From Podarcis erhardii (taxonomy: Eukaryota): a DNA stretch of 64,000 bases. The stretch is taken from NCBI GenBank assembly GCA_964252035.1, contig OZ176208.1, one strand, 5' to 3'. The stretch's first letter is position 1. Each line of letters opens with the position of its first letter. The position numbers and the translations under genes are program-made. A model generated the notes under the pieces. The model had not been told where the DNA came from. It did no database searches and worked only from the letters and a program-made list of their open reading frames with translations. Below, piece by piece: positions 49,548-62,322 of the stretch.

Positions 49548-49940
49548 TTCTGTCTCTCTCAGCACACTAGAATTCATGGATATAAAATGAAGCTGAATGC
49601 TGGAAAATTCAGGACAGGTAAAAGAAAGTACTTCTTCATATAGCACATAGTTAAACTATGGAACTTGTTCCTACAGGAGACAGTGATGGCAACCAACTTG
49701 GATGGCAGTAGAAGAGGATTGGAGAAATTTATGGAAGAGAAGACTATCAATGGTTACTAGCCTTGATAGCTATGTCCTGACTCCAAAATCAGAGGGCACA
49801 GTGCTCTGAATATCAGTTGCTGGAAAGCACAAGAGGGAAGAGTTCTCTTGTGTTCAGGTCCTGCTTAAGGGTTTGGCATCTGGGTGGCCACCATGAGAGC
49901 AGAATGCCTGATCCAGCAAGCTCTTTTTGTGTTCTGAACC
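49548..49940 (+). mobile_element. CR1 LINE 3' fragment
   Basis: Decayed MKLNAGKFRT.KRKYFF..HIVKLWNL.LQETVMATNLDG..RGLEKFMEE, then CR1 3' UTR. Confidence 0.75.
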
Positions 49941-49959
49941 ACTTCTGACACACCCAGTT

Positions 49960-50292
49960 CAGACCCTCCAAGTGTCCCTATTTTCCAAGGATGTCCCTGA
50001 TTTAGAGAAGCCATCATGGTTTCTGTTTTGATCCCAGAATGTCCCACTTTTCTTGAGGATGTCCCTATTTTCATTGGAAAAATGTTGTAGGGTATGGAGT
50101 TATCCAACCCCTAAGCCATCTGAAGGCAATCCTGTATAGGGAAGTTTTTTTAAAATGTTTTATGTTTTATTATGTTTTTATATATGTTGGAAGCTGCCCG
50201 GAATAGCTGGGGCAACCCAGTAAGATGTGTGCGGTATAAATAGTAAAATTATCATTATGGAATGGGAGGTCCCTATTTTTATCGGGTATGCC
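49960..50292. mobile_element. Composite non-autonomous repeat: GTCCCTATTTT-containing ends with an embedded L2-like tail
   Basis: Reiterated GTCCCTATTTT(C) and AGGGTATG motifs, with related inverted pieces near 7268 and 8300-8340; internal GGAAGCTGCCC..GGTATAAATAG tail. Confidence 0.45.
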
Positions 50293-50509
50293 AGCTGAAT
50301 TCTGTTCCACTGTCTGCAGGCAGACCTCCTTGGTTTGGGTGCTTGCCTAGGGCTGCAAAAATGGAACAGAAGAGTGTTGTCAAGCAACTGCCAGGCCACA
50401 GTTTGTAGCTGGTGGGCAGCGTTCAGCTTAGTGGCTCCCCAGTTGTGCAATCCAGAGCAGTACAAATCTTCAAACTTTATCTGTGGTTGAAGATTACATT
50501 ATACAAAGC

Positions 50510-50641
50510 AGGAGTGGGGAACCTCTGGGTATTGCAAGACTACAGCTCTGACCATTCCTGATCATTAGTCATGCTGACTAAGGAGGCTGATTGGTGCTGA
50601 GCTCTCTCAACATCTGAAGGACCACAGGTTCCCCACCCCAG
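50510..50641. mobile_element. Palindromic hAT-type MITE, decayed
   Basis: CAGGAGTGGGAACCT...AGGTTCCCCACCCCAG inverted ends. Confidence 0.55.
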
Positions 50642-51099
50642 TATAAAGGAGCACATAGGCCACAATCAGGCACACAGTCAAGTATGCTTAAAGCCATAAA
50701 TTTCATATTAAGCACACTGCCGCGGCAGCATGAAATCAGAGCTGAACTATAGTCAAGTTGAAAATTGTGAGCATATAATTATTCTGAAAGTCAAGTTCAG
50801 CCCCAGCATATATTCATATATCAGGAAATGCTGAGAATGCATCTACTTATACAACACACTTAAAGCTATGTACGCATCTCCTAAACGTTTGGTAAAATTC
50901 ATATACCTATATGGCAAATTCTAGATTTGTGAGATGCATGTGAATATGATTCTCTCTGTGTTTACAAAAAAATATACAATTGGAATGGAAAAGGAGAAAA
51001 AATATTTATATGGATAGAGAACCAAATAAAGTGTTAATATCTGAATTCCATACAAGACCCTAAGCAACACAAACAAAGCAGGAGAATAATTCTAATAAG

Positions 51100-51235
51100 G
51101 CACATGGGAACCTGTGACCCTCCATTGGTTGTTGGGTTTCAATTTTCACCAGTCCCAGCCAGCATGGCCAGTGGACAGGCATAATGGGAGTTTTATTCAA
51201 ACAACCACCAGAAAACTACAGTTTTCCCACCCTTT
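51100..51235. mobile_element. Palindromic hAT-type MITE, decayed
   Basis: GGGAACCTGTG...CAGTTTTCCCACCC ends; internal arms like 52869. Confidence 0.45.
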
Positions 51236-51897
51236 TAGTTAGGAAAGTGAGCTATCCAGACACTAACTCAGCTGGGCTTACAAGAGAGGCATTAAGTGTA
51301 GATTGTATCGAGGTATGAACACCAAGCTAGTTGTTGAACATGGAACCCTTATTCATACGTGATACAGCAAACACATTGCTCCCTATTTTTGAAGCATGGG
51401 GTCACCATCCATATGAATGCAGCATTTTTCTCAATGGCAGTGCAAACATCTTAAAAGTAAGCTTTGCACTGATTTGGGGGAAAGAATCCAATAGGCGTAG
51501 GAAACCACATCACATGACCAGCTTACCACACAATGGCAGCCTCCACATGAAGAAACACAGAAGAGCTGCCTCAGTGAGAGAGATGGGAAGAAGGTCCATT
51601 CTACCAATTCTGCTGACAGACCTGATCCATCAGCCTCTGAACAGTTCCCATTCCATGCTAGTCCTTAAGAACTGCTATTTAATTTTAAGAATTGTTTCTA
51701 AATTGGCATTTTCCCTCATCCCTCCCTGGTTGCTTTCCGTTCTGTGCCATGTCCTTTAGATTGTAAACCTGCAGGACAATTTTAACTGATTTTGTGTAAA
51801 GCCACTTTGGGAGACTTTGCAGCTGAAGACCAAGGTACAAATGTTATAAAGAAATAATAATAAATAAGCAGTTTAATAAGTAATGAAGGTTTAGACC

Positions 51898-52049
51898 CAG
51901 TGGCGTAGCGTGGGGGGTGCAGGGGGGGCCACACCGGGCGCAACATCTGGGGGGGCACGCTCGCACTCACAGCTCTCTGCCCCTACCGGGTTAGGGGGCG
52001 CAAATTACTTGCCTTGCCCCGGGTGCTGACAACCCATGCTACGCCACTG
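51898..52049. mobile_element. hAT MITE
   Basis: TIR CAGTGGCGTAGC[G/A]TGGG (16/17 match); perfect 8-bp TSD TTTAGACC. Confidence 0.92.
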
Positions 52050-52868
52050 TTTAGACCTGCTTTAGTCTTACCTCTTGTTTGTTGCATTTTATATGAATAT
52101 ATTTGGTGAATTTGGTCTTTGAGTTTATGGTGTCCCAATCCTGATTTCTCTGCACCAGCATTAATATTTGAAGGAATGCTTTTAGGGGCTCTCAATATTA
52201 ACATGTTCTAGCTTAGGATTTAATGCTTACACTGTTTCACTTCCAGAAGTTCATATCGTCTCTTGCAGAGGAGGCAATTATTTAATGTTTCTGTTAGGAT
52301 AGCTCTGAGTCACTGCCTTGAATTCTTTATCTGTCTTTAATGGCTTTTTTATAGACATTTGTGCCATAAATTATCTTAACTGTTCTGTTTGGCCCTCTAT
52401 CCTTTGTTAAGAATTATTATTGTGGAGCTTGCTTTTAAGTTTTATTGCTTATTCTCTAGCCTCCCTACAGCCTTTTAAGAATCATTGGATCCCATTCTCT
52501 TAAGGAGGACTGCATGGGCAGCTGCTTTTCTCTGAGATTCCATTTTGATATATTAAGCTTCAATTGGAAAGTAAAATATTAGGCCGAGACAAAACGTATA
52601 TTATTTCTCAGAATCAACTTAATTTTCCCAGTTGGAAGAGGGCCATTTTACTGTGGTGCCAAGTGGCAGGATGTGTTATTCTTGGTTACTTTTCTGTCCC
52701 TACCTTCTTTCAAGAAATCCAGGGTTCTGTGCTTTATGGGTTTTCCCACACTTTATGCTTGCTATGGCCTTGTGAAGTAGGTTAGGATGACATTTTCACC
52801 ACTGCATTTTGTTGACACCTCTACCAATAAGCACCTCTTCCTGTATACGTCAACACAATTTCTTGCTG

Positions 52869-52991
52869 CAGGGATGGGGGAAACTGGCCCTCCAGATGGT
52901 GTCGGACTACAACACCCATCTTCCCTGACCCCTGGCCATGCTGATGGTAGTTGATGTCCAACATCTGGAGGCCAAAGGTTCACTATCCTTA
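52869..52991. mobile_element. Palindromic hAT-type MITE
   Basis: GGCCCTCCAGATG...CATCTGGAGGCC inverted arms; family of 24558. Confidence 0.6.
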
Positions 52992-53896
52992 TCTTACAGT
53001 GAACAATATGAGAAGTTAAGCAAGGCAATAAAAATGGCCAACTCATACTCCCTTACACCAATATAAGCTGGTCCAAGCACTGCATTACATATTACTCCTT
53101 TGTTCCTTCATTGACTTTCTATTCATTAGAGTGTTGTTTCAGTGCAAAGTTATGCCACTTGAGGCATACCTACAGAGAAAAATATTCAAAGTGCTATTAG
53201 GACCAGAAGTCAATGTGGCTGTAGAATGATTACAGAAGAGAACAGAGGGCTGGGAAGGCTCTGAATGCTAATCCTTACTCTGAACCACTCATTCATTCTA
53301 TTACCTTGAGCAAAGAAGCACTATACTAGAGGGGAAAACATGCTGAATAGGAGTAGGATTTCATTAGGTAAATAAATTGCACACAGTAACCAAACAAACA
53401 AGTAGTGTTGGATTGGTACTGAAATACAGCTAACCTGGACAGTGCATCAAAATTACCTTAGGGTAATCAGGAAACAGGCTTCATTTACTTCCCTGAAAAA
53501 CACACAGTGGCACTTCAAGTGCCTAGAGATATAGTCTTAAAATTGACTGGCTTGTGTGTGGGGTGGAATTCTTCCTGAGAACTGTTTGCTTTCCACTAGC
53601 CTCATGGCAGTAGCTGGAAACATGTGGAAGAAGCAAACAAACGTACAATTTCTAAGTTAGATATTTAGCAGAAACACTTTGGTAGGAACTTTCCGTATTC
53701 AACACTCCAAGAGTTGAACCAGGCTATATGGAAACCTTTACTAGGCTAGATTGTGTTGAAAGGGGACTCTATGATACTATGCACACATGCATTCCCTCCA
53801 GTACCAATACACTTAAACTTTACTCCATGCCATTCACATACTGCAGCCTTTCCCAATCTAGCTACTATGGCCAATGGTCAGGGGTGATGAGAGTTA

Positions 53897-54242
53897 CAGT
53901 GGTGCCTCGCAAGACGAAAAGAATCCGTTCCGCGAGTCTCTTCATCTAGCGGTTTTTTCGTCTTGTGAAGCAAGCCCATTGACGGATTAGCGGATTAGCG
54001 CTATTAGCGCTATTAGTGGCTTTTAGCGGCTTTTAGCGGCTTATCAGCTTAGCAGATAAGCAGATAACCGGCTTAGCGGCTTAGAAAAAGGGGGGGAAAA
54101 CCCGCAGGAACTCGCAAGACATTTTCGTCTTGCGAAGCAAGCCCATAGGAAATTTGTTTTGCGAAGCGCCTCCAAAACGGAAAACCCTTTCGTCTAGCGG
54201 GTTTTTTGTCTTGAGAGGCATTCGTCTTGCGGGGCACCACTG
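53897..54242. mobile_element. Tc1/mariner (Tigger-like) MITE, second family, with internal TTAGCGG-like array
   Basis: TIR CAGTGGTGCC[T/C]CGCAAGACGAA (21/22 match); TA TSD on both sides. Confidence 0.92.
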
Positions 54243-54325
54243 TATAGTCCAAATCATTGGGAGGGTACAAAGTTATTGGAGGCTGACTTGTAGATGCATA
54301 CTGATGTCTGTTCACATATACCCTG

Positions 54326-54650
54326 AGGGCTTATCCACACATACCTTTTGCCCCAATCTTTCCAGGACCAGGTCTGTGCTGAAAAGAGCTTGTGTTTGTT
54401 TGTTTGTTTGTTTGTTTGTTTGTTTGTTTGTTTGGCTGCCGCAAAGCCTTTCCCATGAAAACCATCTCTTTAGCGTTCAACTGGAACAAATATTAATTAG
54501 GGGTTTCCATAGATTGTCATTTGCTCCAACTGAGCTTTAAAGAGTGGGTTTTTCTGGGAAAGCACCAGAGCAAAAAACAAAACAGGGCACTTGGCCACAG
54601 AGCTTTAAAGTACCTGGAAAGAGCAGAAGAAAGGTAAGTGTGGATCTGAG
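54326..54650. mobile_element. Decayed MITE (Harbinger-like, tentative)
   Basis: Imperfect inverted ends ATCCACACATACCTTT / AAAGGTAAGTGTGGAT. Confidence 0.35.
54394..54434. repeat. (GTTT)n microsatellite
   Basis: Direct read. Confidence 0.97.
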
Positions 54651-57600
54651 AGACAGAACTAGCTGATACATATTTTTCCCAGCAGCTGGCAACTACTCCT
54701 CCATCAGGTTCCTGTGCAAATATGTTGTAGGAACAATGAGGACAAAGGCTATAGGTTCAGAGAATGCCCAACGCATTTGTGCCACCGAACAAATGTTAAC
54801 AGAATCAATGTTAAAATACAAATGAAATTACCTGATTGACTAAACAGGTTTAAGAGCCTTGTTGAAATCTGAAATTAGGTATCATACTCACTCTAATTTT
54901 ACCATGCTTCCATGGCAGCCATTTTGAGTAATGCCAGATCTCCACGGCAGCCATGTTGTATATGGCACCCACAGTGCTCTTTCAAAATCTGAAATTTGCT
55001 CACCAGTCCAAAAAGGTTGACGACATGAGCTCTAATAAGTATACCTTTTGTTTCTGTTTGTTTCTCAACATACCTAGGAAAAGCCCATAGGCACATACAT
55101 TCTGTAATCTGAAAGACAGAGAAAGTAGCTACAGTAGTGGCTTACAGCCATTAGCTCCACATTGCGAAGGCAAATAATGAAAGAAACAAGATGCAGATCA
55201 AATGTCAGATTAGGGTTAAAGCAGTATAAGATGCAAAGCTATCTTGTATAAGATGCAAAGTCTCAAACTCCTTTGTAGTAAGATTACAGCAAGGAAACAT
55301 TGTTCGAATGCAAACCTATTGTTCAGTGAAAGTATGTTTTCCAATTGAACTGTCTAATCATAGGATCCTCATTATCCTCTTGAGACTGAGAGAGAAATGG
55401 AAAGGTGCCAATTTCAGCAATTTGATAATAGCATGTGTAATTTTTGAAAATGCAAATCACAGGCTACTTATGGTGATGTCTTAGTGGTTTTTCTTCAAGA
55501 CCAGTTTAAAACATGAGTTTAATCAGCAGTCGTGGTTGTGGCAGAACTGCAAATGATGGCTGGAAGCAACCATTTAAATTTCCCACAATGTCCCAGAGCG
55601 AGCATTAAGTAAAGTGGCATTGTGGGAAATTCAGAAAAGACTGACAGATCCAGCCACACAGACAGATCCAGCTTGGTGGGCCCTACTGTCTCCATGATGC
55701 TCCCCTTAAATCTCTCTGGATCCAGCCCCAGAGTGAAAACCCGATATGAGGACCATTCCTACAAAAAACAAGGGTAGCTTGTATACACTGTATACACTGC
55801 CATTTGCTAAAATTATGTGTTTTTAATTTTGATGCCAATAAAAAGGTTGTGATTTTTTAAAAAAACATTGAACAAAATTTAGAACAAGGTTCATCATAGT
55901 CACTTAAGTGTCTAAAGATGGGCTTAGAGCAAACACTGAATCTGCTCTTTTGCTTTAAAGTGAAGCATTAGGAAGTTGCTTCTGCAGTGATCAGGAATCC
56001 AGTTTAATACCTACTTCACTTTATTGCACTAAATATATATAAAAATAGAATATGAATCAGCACACCAGAAACCCACAACAATATTGCTGCTCCTGTTTCT
56101 CAAAGCAAAACTCCAGGGCTGTTACAGAAGTTTTCTATTTGACTGGCAATGGTGGGATCAGATTTGTGACATTCAAACTGGATCAGTTCAACACATGTTG
56201 AACACAAGCCACCCTTGTTCCTAGACTCGTAGGCCTGCTGCTACTTCCATGGCTGCTCCTACTCTGATCCAAATACTTGATAAGGTGGTAAGGAAAACAC
56301 TGTAAGGAAGAATAACATGGATGGGCATTTTACATGTATTCCATTCGGTGTAGAAGCAAGTATAGAAGCCCCTTAGCAGTCTAGCAGTAAGAAGTCATGT
56401 ACAGTATTTGACATGGGTTGAGCATATATATATTAACAGAATTTGCACTTTATCCAGCATTGCACTTTTTTGCTGTTTCTGTTGTAGAATTCTTGTATTA
56501 CATCCAACCTTAAGTTCTGTGCATCGTCATATAATATAATATATCACAACCTTAAATGGGACATGCATATTGTCAAAATACAAAATGATCATAATATGAT
56601 GGCAGTTTCTCTAAGCCATTTGAGATTCTTTCCCTAACCTTTCATTTGTTGTTAGAGCATATATTAATGTATTCATTTTTTTAAAAATGAATTGTCTTGG
56701 ATCCTAACACTTGTTCTACTTATCAAATGGTTTAACACTTGCAAAGCAGGGTTTTCTCAGCTCCCAAAATTCAACTTTTGTGTTGGGAGGACTGCAGATA
56801 AGGGGGGATATGTGAAAATCAACCATTCCTATGTGAGCAGAAGTACCTCTCGTTCATGCAAAAGAATCTTAAGATCCAAGCCAATGAATAGAACTGGTGG
56901 AGAGTTAAAGAAAATAAAGGGGGGGCAGGAACAGAAAAATACACACCAAGTCCTGCAGCTGCTTTGTAAAGATGACATTTGTAGAGTTGGCTATATGTAC
57001 ATTTTTGACCCTTCAGCATGATCATTTGATTAGACTACAACAACATCTTGACATATTTACACTGACCTGTTCCAGGAATACTAATGAAAAGACCAACCCT
57101 ATTCTTGTGCGCAGTGGAATATGGCATGCCTTCTGCTTGCTACTGACAAAAGCCTGCAAAAGAAGTGTTTGTCAAATGCGTTACTGAGAAATAAGAAAAG
57201 CAAATAAAAGCTGTGGTTTCCATTTAAAAATAAAGATACCTTTCCCTTCTCCAAATTCATTTTCTTTCTTAGAGAAATGATACTCCAGTGACAGCAGATG
57301 CCTCTGAAGTATGGGAAGTTTTTGAAAGCATTTATTCTCAAATGGTGCTCTCAGCAGAATCATCAACATGAAAGCTCTGCCATCCTTTGACAAGTGCACA
57401 GCTACCATGGAACCTGACAATTAGCCCAATTAGCTAAAACAAGGGATTTGATCCATTCATATGTAAGTTCATTTGCATGCTGCCTTTCCACAGTTCAAAC
57501 CATGCTCAAGATAGCTTACAACATGAAAATAATACATAACGGCAACGGAACGAAAGTAGGCATAAAACAATAAATAAAACAACAACAAATGCACAACCAA

Positions 57601-58611
57601 ACTGAACAATTTCGACATAAATGGCAATATCTAAAACAAAAACAACAGCAGCAACAACTCCCACCAACAAAACCCCCAATACAACATCCCAGCCCAAGAG
57701 TCTGTTCAGCAGCCTCAGCATATGTAGCTCAAGCCATTCAGGGCCCTACCTTCCCAGGCTAGATGAAAAAAGGCCTGCAAGGCAAGGAAGAGTTCTTCCA
57801 GGACTTACAGCCAATATGGCCCCGAGTTCTATGAATGGAAATTAACTCATGCAATGGGGCTTTCCTGCCATCTCCTCCCCATTGCAGCCTCCTGGGCTAT
57901 AGCTTCAAGTCAATCTATTTTTTTTTTTTCTTGCAGCTGCAGTAGAAAATAGAAATCTTTGAAGACTGAGTGGAAAGCACTTTGCAAGCAGAGCTAAATA
58001 AGGTGGTATCTTCCCCTTCACAATGGCTCATGCAACACTAGATTCTGCCCATTATTTTACAAAATTTCAAGTGAAATTTGGGGTTTATAGAGTAGAATCT
58101 GAGTGAACCTAAGATAAAACTTACTAAATCCTATACCAAGGAATATACTTTGTCAAATGTCAATGACTACATCTAAGATAATTGTCAAATGTTACCTGAT
58201 ACAAAATCCTAGAATTAAAATTTTGCTGAATACAGATGTCCAAATATGTAGGTAAAGTTTTGAGACTATTCACTATCAAAATTCAGAAATGAGGCTTTTC
58301 AAGAAAATTTGAGGGAGTGAGAAAATAATTTTAGTTGTGAAACAAAACAAAAACCAATTTACCAAAGTGAAAATGAGTTTAAGTCATATTGCATTAATGT
58401 ATTGCACTGTCTACAAAAAGACCTTGAGAGAAGATAGCAATCGCATAATTACTTCCTAATGGATTGAACCCTAAAAGTGGTAGTAAGGCTTCCGTCATCC
58501 CAAAGGAGCAATTTTCAGTGACTCACCCATTTTCCTGCAGCCCTTTCACAACTTCAATATCTGCTCCACAGGTTTGAGGGAGACATCTAAAGCACTTTTA
58601 GTGGGGTATGG

Positions 58612-58771
58612 CAGGAGCGCCAACTTGAATAAAATATTGTGGGAGCCCATGATACAGTGCACACACACCATTTGAATGGGAATACCCATCAACTTTGTGG
58701 GGGCCCAGCCCCCTCAAATATTTTATTGTATAGGCCAAAGTCCCCACAGCCCCTGGGAATTAACTCCTATG
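58612..58771. mobile_element. hAT MITE, decayed
   Basis: Imperfect inverted ends; 8-bp flanks GGGTATGG/GGGCATGG (7/8 match). Confidence 0.6.
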
Positions 58772-60568
58772 GGGCATGGGATGGCTACAGGGGAGGGGAG
58801 AATTACTGAAAACTGCTTCCTTCCCTGTTTTGCTTACGGAAGCCTTACAGTCAGCTGAGTGACACCATTTGATACAACCAAATACTGATAAGTTTTCAAA
58901 AAAAATAAAATGGTATAACACCCTCTAAGGGAAAATTAAAGTGACAGCATCTCCATGGAAGCCAAACATACATAGAAAGGACATCACAATCAATGAAATA
59001 ATTACTTCATGTGAACTATTTGGTGAAAAGATCAATAAGTCTGTTGATCTTAATGACATTGTTTTAATTATAAATCAAGTCAGAGCTGAAGAACAGAATA
59101 GAAAGTGACATGTAAATGAGGAACAATGTCAGAGCTGACATTATCAGCAAGGTGGAAAGACAGACCAGAATGTGATGCACTCCGATAACAAAGATAATAC
59201 ATTATAGTTTATTAACAGCATTAATGAGTCATGCAGCATCCTGTCATCAGTCAGGCAATGACCCTGGCAGAGATTAACGCATCCTTACTTGACATCTGGC
59301 TATTTATGTGTGCATCTCTTTCTCACAGATTGAAGTCACAAATCATCCTGTTCACTGTACTGAGACTACTTGCAAGTAAGTAATTATAGATCAGCAGTCC
59401 AAGAAAAAACATTGAGACAGATTTTAACCCACTTTGTCATGCTGTCTGTGTACTCTTGGTTTACACGAGGTGGGATCAGGTTGTGTAACACTGCAATTAT
59501 TCCTCAAGTAATCCCTATGGAAGAATATGTAGTGAAAATCATCAGAAACATGTGAATTCTGCAAGCAGAAGACTTTTCGCATGCCTAAAATGTCAGCATG
59601 TTCAGACCTATGTGGGAAAAGTCACTACCCAATAGCAGGAATGTTTGGCTATCACTGACCTCACTTTCTGATGCTTATCTTCTACATTTTTTCCCTTTAT
59701 GTGTAAATTTGTATAGGCAAAAATGTGTCAATGCTTCTTTCCAAGCACCAGTATGCAGAGTCTTAGCTAAATATTTGACTAGCTATAATTCACTGGCTCA
59801 GCCACACACAGGAGCATGTGTACATATAACTGCTTCCATGTGATTTCAATAATGGAGAATAGTGTTATCAAAGTTAGCATCAAAGCTTTCTGGAAAATGG
59901 AGACAATCTAGCTATATGATTCCACAGATTCAAAGGTGCAAATTTTCCTGTCAGAAGAATCTCAAAGGGTATGAAGCAAGTAATTGAGAGACCCAGACTA
60001 AACCCAATCAGTTTATGATGTGTTACCTGAGGGCTATTATGCTGCAAACCACTAGCAGCATGGGATGAATACAGATCTTCTCTTATAGGTGGAGAAGTCA
60101 AATCACTTCTCATACATTCTCACTTTAGAAGTGAGATGGAAGCATGATGAAAACTGATGGAAAGTTTTTGCATCCCTACCAGTTTTCTCTTTTACACTAA
60201 AGTGCAAACAGTATAGAGCAAAAATGGTGGAACAAGTACAATTCATCATCAAACCAATTCTTATTTTTGTACAGCAGTGACTCTTCTTGGACAATATTGT
60301 ACAGTTTTACTGCTCTAAATCATCCACAGTCTGCTGTAGTGTATCTAAATTGGGAACTGGTAGGAGTGCTCTGTAGTTTACAATGGGTGCTTTTTGTTTC
60401 CTGTTGATCTGGCACAGCTTGCTTTGCAGAACATCTGAAAGTGTCTTGCTAAACATATTCCTTCTTCTCAAGCAATCTCTGACAGCATATGGCACTCTGA
60501 TTATACCCAGATTAACTTAGTCATGCAAATAACTTACTCTTTATTTTGGCAGGAGTTAAACATAACTA

Positions 60569-60810
60569 CAGTGGTACCTCAGGTTAAGTACTTAATTCGT
60601 TCTGGAGGTCCATACTTAACCTGAAACTGTTCTTAACCTGAAGCACCACTTTAGCTAATGAGGCCTCCTGCTGCCGCCGCAGCACTGGAGCATGATTTCT
60701 GTTCTCATCCTGAAGCAAAGTTCTTAACCTGAAGCACTATTTCTGGGTTAGCGGAGTCTGTAACCTGAAGTGTATGTAACCTGAAGCGTATGTAACCTGA
60801 GGTACCACTG
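60569..60810. mobile_element. Tc1/mariner (Tigger-like) MITE, same family as 9421
   Basis: TIRs CAGTGGTACCTCAGGTTA; TA TSD; one extra internal TAACCTGAAG unit. Confidence 0.92.
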
Positions 60811-62215
60811 TACCGGTAACTTGTTCTAGCTTTAAGCTACTGTGTTTTTGTGGCAACAATTTCCTTCTTATATGTTTATTAAGAGTATGCTCCCCTCTTT
60901 TCCAAGGAATGAGAAGTTCCAGGGACTATGCTATACATTTTGTAGCAAAATCCTATTGTCACACGATTCCTCATGCCCCAATCCTCCAGAAAATATTTTG
61001 AGGCACACAAGCAGCTGTTTGGGAAAGAAGAATCAGTGAAAGTTGACTACTTCTGCTGGTGGGAGTGCCCCATAAATAGAAAACTGCTGTATCTGACACA
61101 CAATCTGGCAAGCACTCATCTTGGATCCCATCACTATAGGAAATTATCTATTCAGGAGACTACCACAGCCAATGAAGGAACTAACATTAACACCGTTTTT
61201 TGTCAGATCCCAGACTCTAATCAGACAATACCTTCAGGCAAAGCCATGTTGATGGGTTCTTTCACAGTAATCAGTCACACAAAGCCAGAAACCAGTATTA
61301 AAGAATTAGAAGAACTCACAAGCTAAGTGATGATCTACTTTTTCACTTATATTTCTCCTTCCTAATTTGTTAATGTTGTCCTTGAATATGTATGGTGGTT
61401 TTAAAAAAAAGGATCAATAAAAGCTGCAACAAACAAGCCATAAAGAACCAATCTGTACTATTTATTGGGCAAGCTTTACACTTGAGCTGAATGTTAAAAA
61501 CATTAATTTGTCTGCTACAGGAAAAATTGAATTACTTCCAGTCTCATTTGCCAAGCCTTGAAAATTGAGAACGATGTATGTCTGCCTGCACATATTAATA
61601 GATATGCTTCTTTTGTAGCACACACTTTTTCTTTTTTTAATCCAATAGGCCCAGTCTGATCTGGTGGACTTCTCCACTCAGACCTGGGGGAAACAAGTTA
61701 CAGAACCTGGGTCAATAATTAAGAAAAACTAAGCCTCAATCAGCCTCTTAATCTGAGGTACCGCTGCCAACATTGATCCTTTCATTATTATTCAAGCAGC
61801 TCAGAGGCCTAAGATATGACTGCGATAATTACTTTCAGATTAGGGATAGTGTAGGGAGAGATTGTCATGGGGCAGAAAAGGAGCTTAAGTGAAACAGGCA
61901 TACAATTCCAAGGATGCAGCCCCATGGGTGCTTACTTAGGAATAAGCTTCTCCTGGGCAAACATGGATGGGACTGGGTTGCATTGGCAGAGGGAATGTTT
62001 TGCTGCCCTTGAAACAAAAGATTCATTCAACCCACTTTCGACACACTTTAGATTGTCTGTTTTCAGACAAACAAACAAATGCAAAGGCTGAACTCCACAT
62101 TATAAGCTGACTAGCTGTGTCAGAATAGCTGAAGGCAGGGGTAGCCTTGCCACCTCTTACTCACCTGTGTACCATGAGTGAGCCTATCCCAGGGTGGGGC
62201 ATAATAAGCCAGACA

Positions 62216-62322
62216 TTTGACCAAACTGCGGGAGGCAGTGGAAGACAGGAGTGCCTGGCGTGCTCTGGTCCATGGGGTCACGAAGAGTCGGACACGACTA
62301 AACGACTAAACAACAACAACAA
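62216..62322 (+). mobile_element. BovB (RTE) 3' fragment
   Basis: GGCGTGCTCTGGTCCATGGGGTCACGAAGAGTCGGACACGACTAAACGACTAAAC followed by a (CAA)n tail. Confidence 0.85.

Noticed and set aside
53983-54084. Interstitial telomeric repeat
   Set aside because: Units are TTAGCGG-like, not TTAGGG, and lie inside a MITE.
55224-55260. Short direct repeats (GTATAAGATGCAAAG twice; also GTCTAACTTTCCAA at 29197 and 29216)
   Set aside because: These are ordinary small tandem duplications with no further structure.
60973-61326. Isolated 100-140 aa ORFs (also 15690-16043, 31540-31899, 51331-51759, 56692-57021)
   Set aside because: No recognisable domains, several rely on non-ATG starts, and the lengths are expected by chance.
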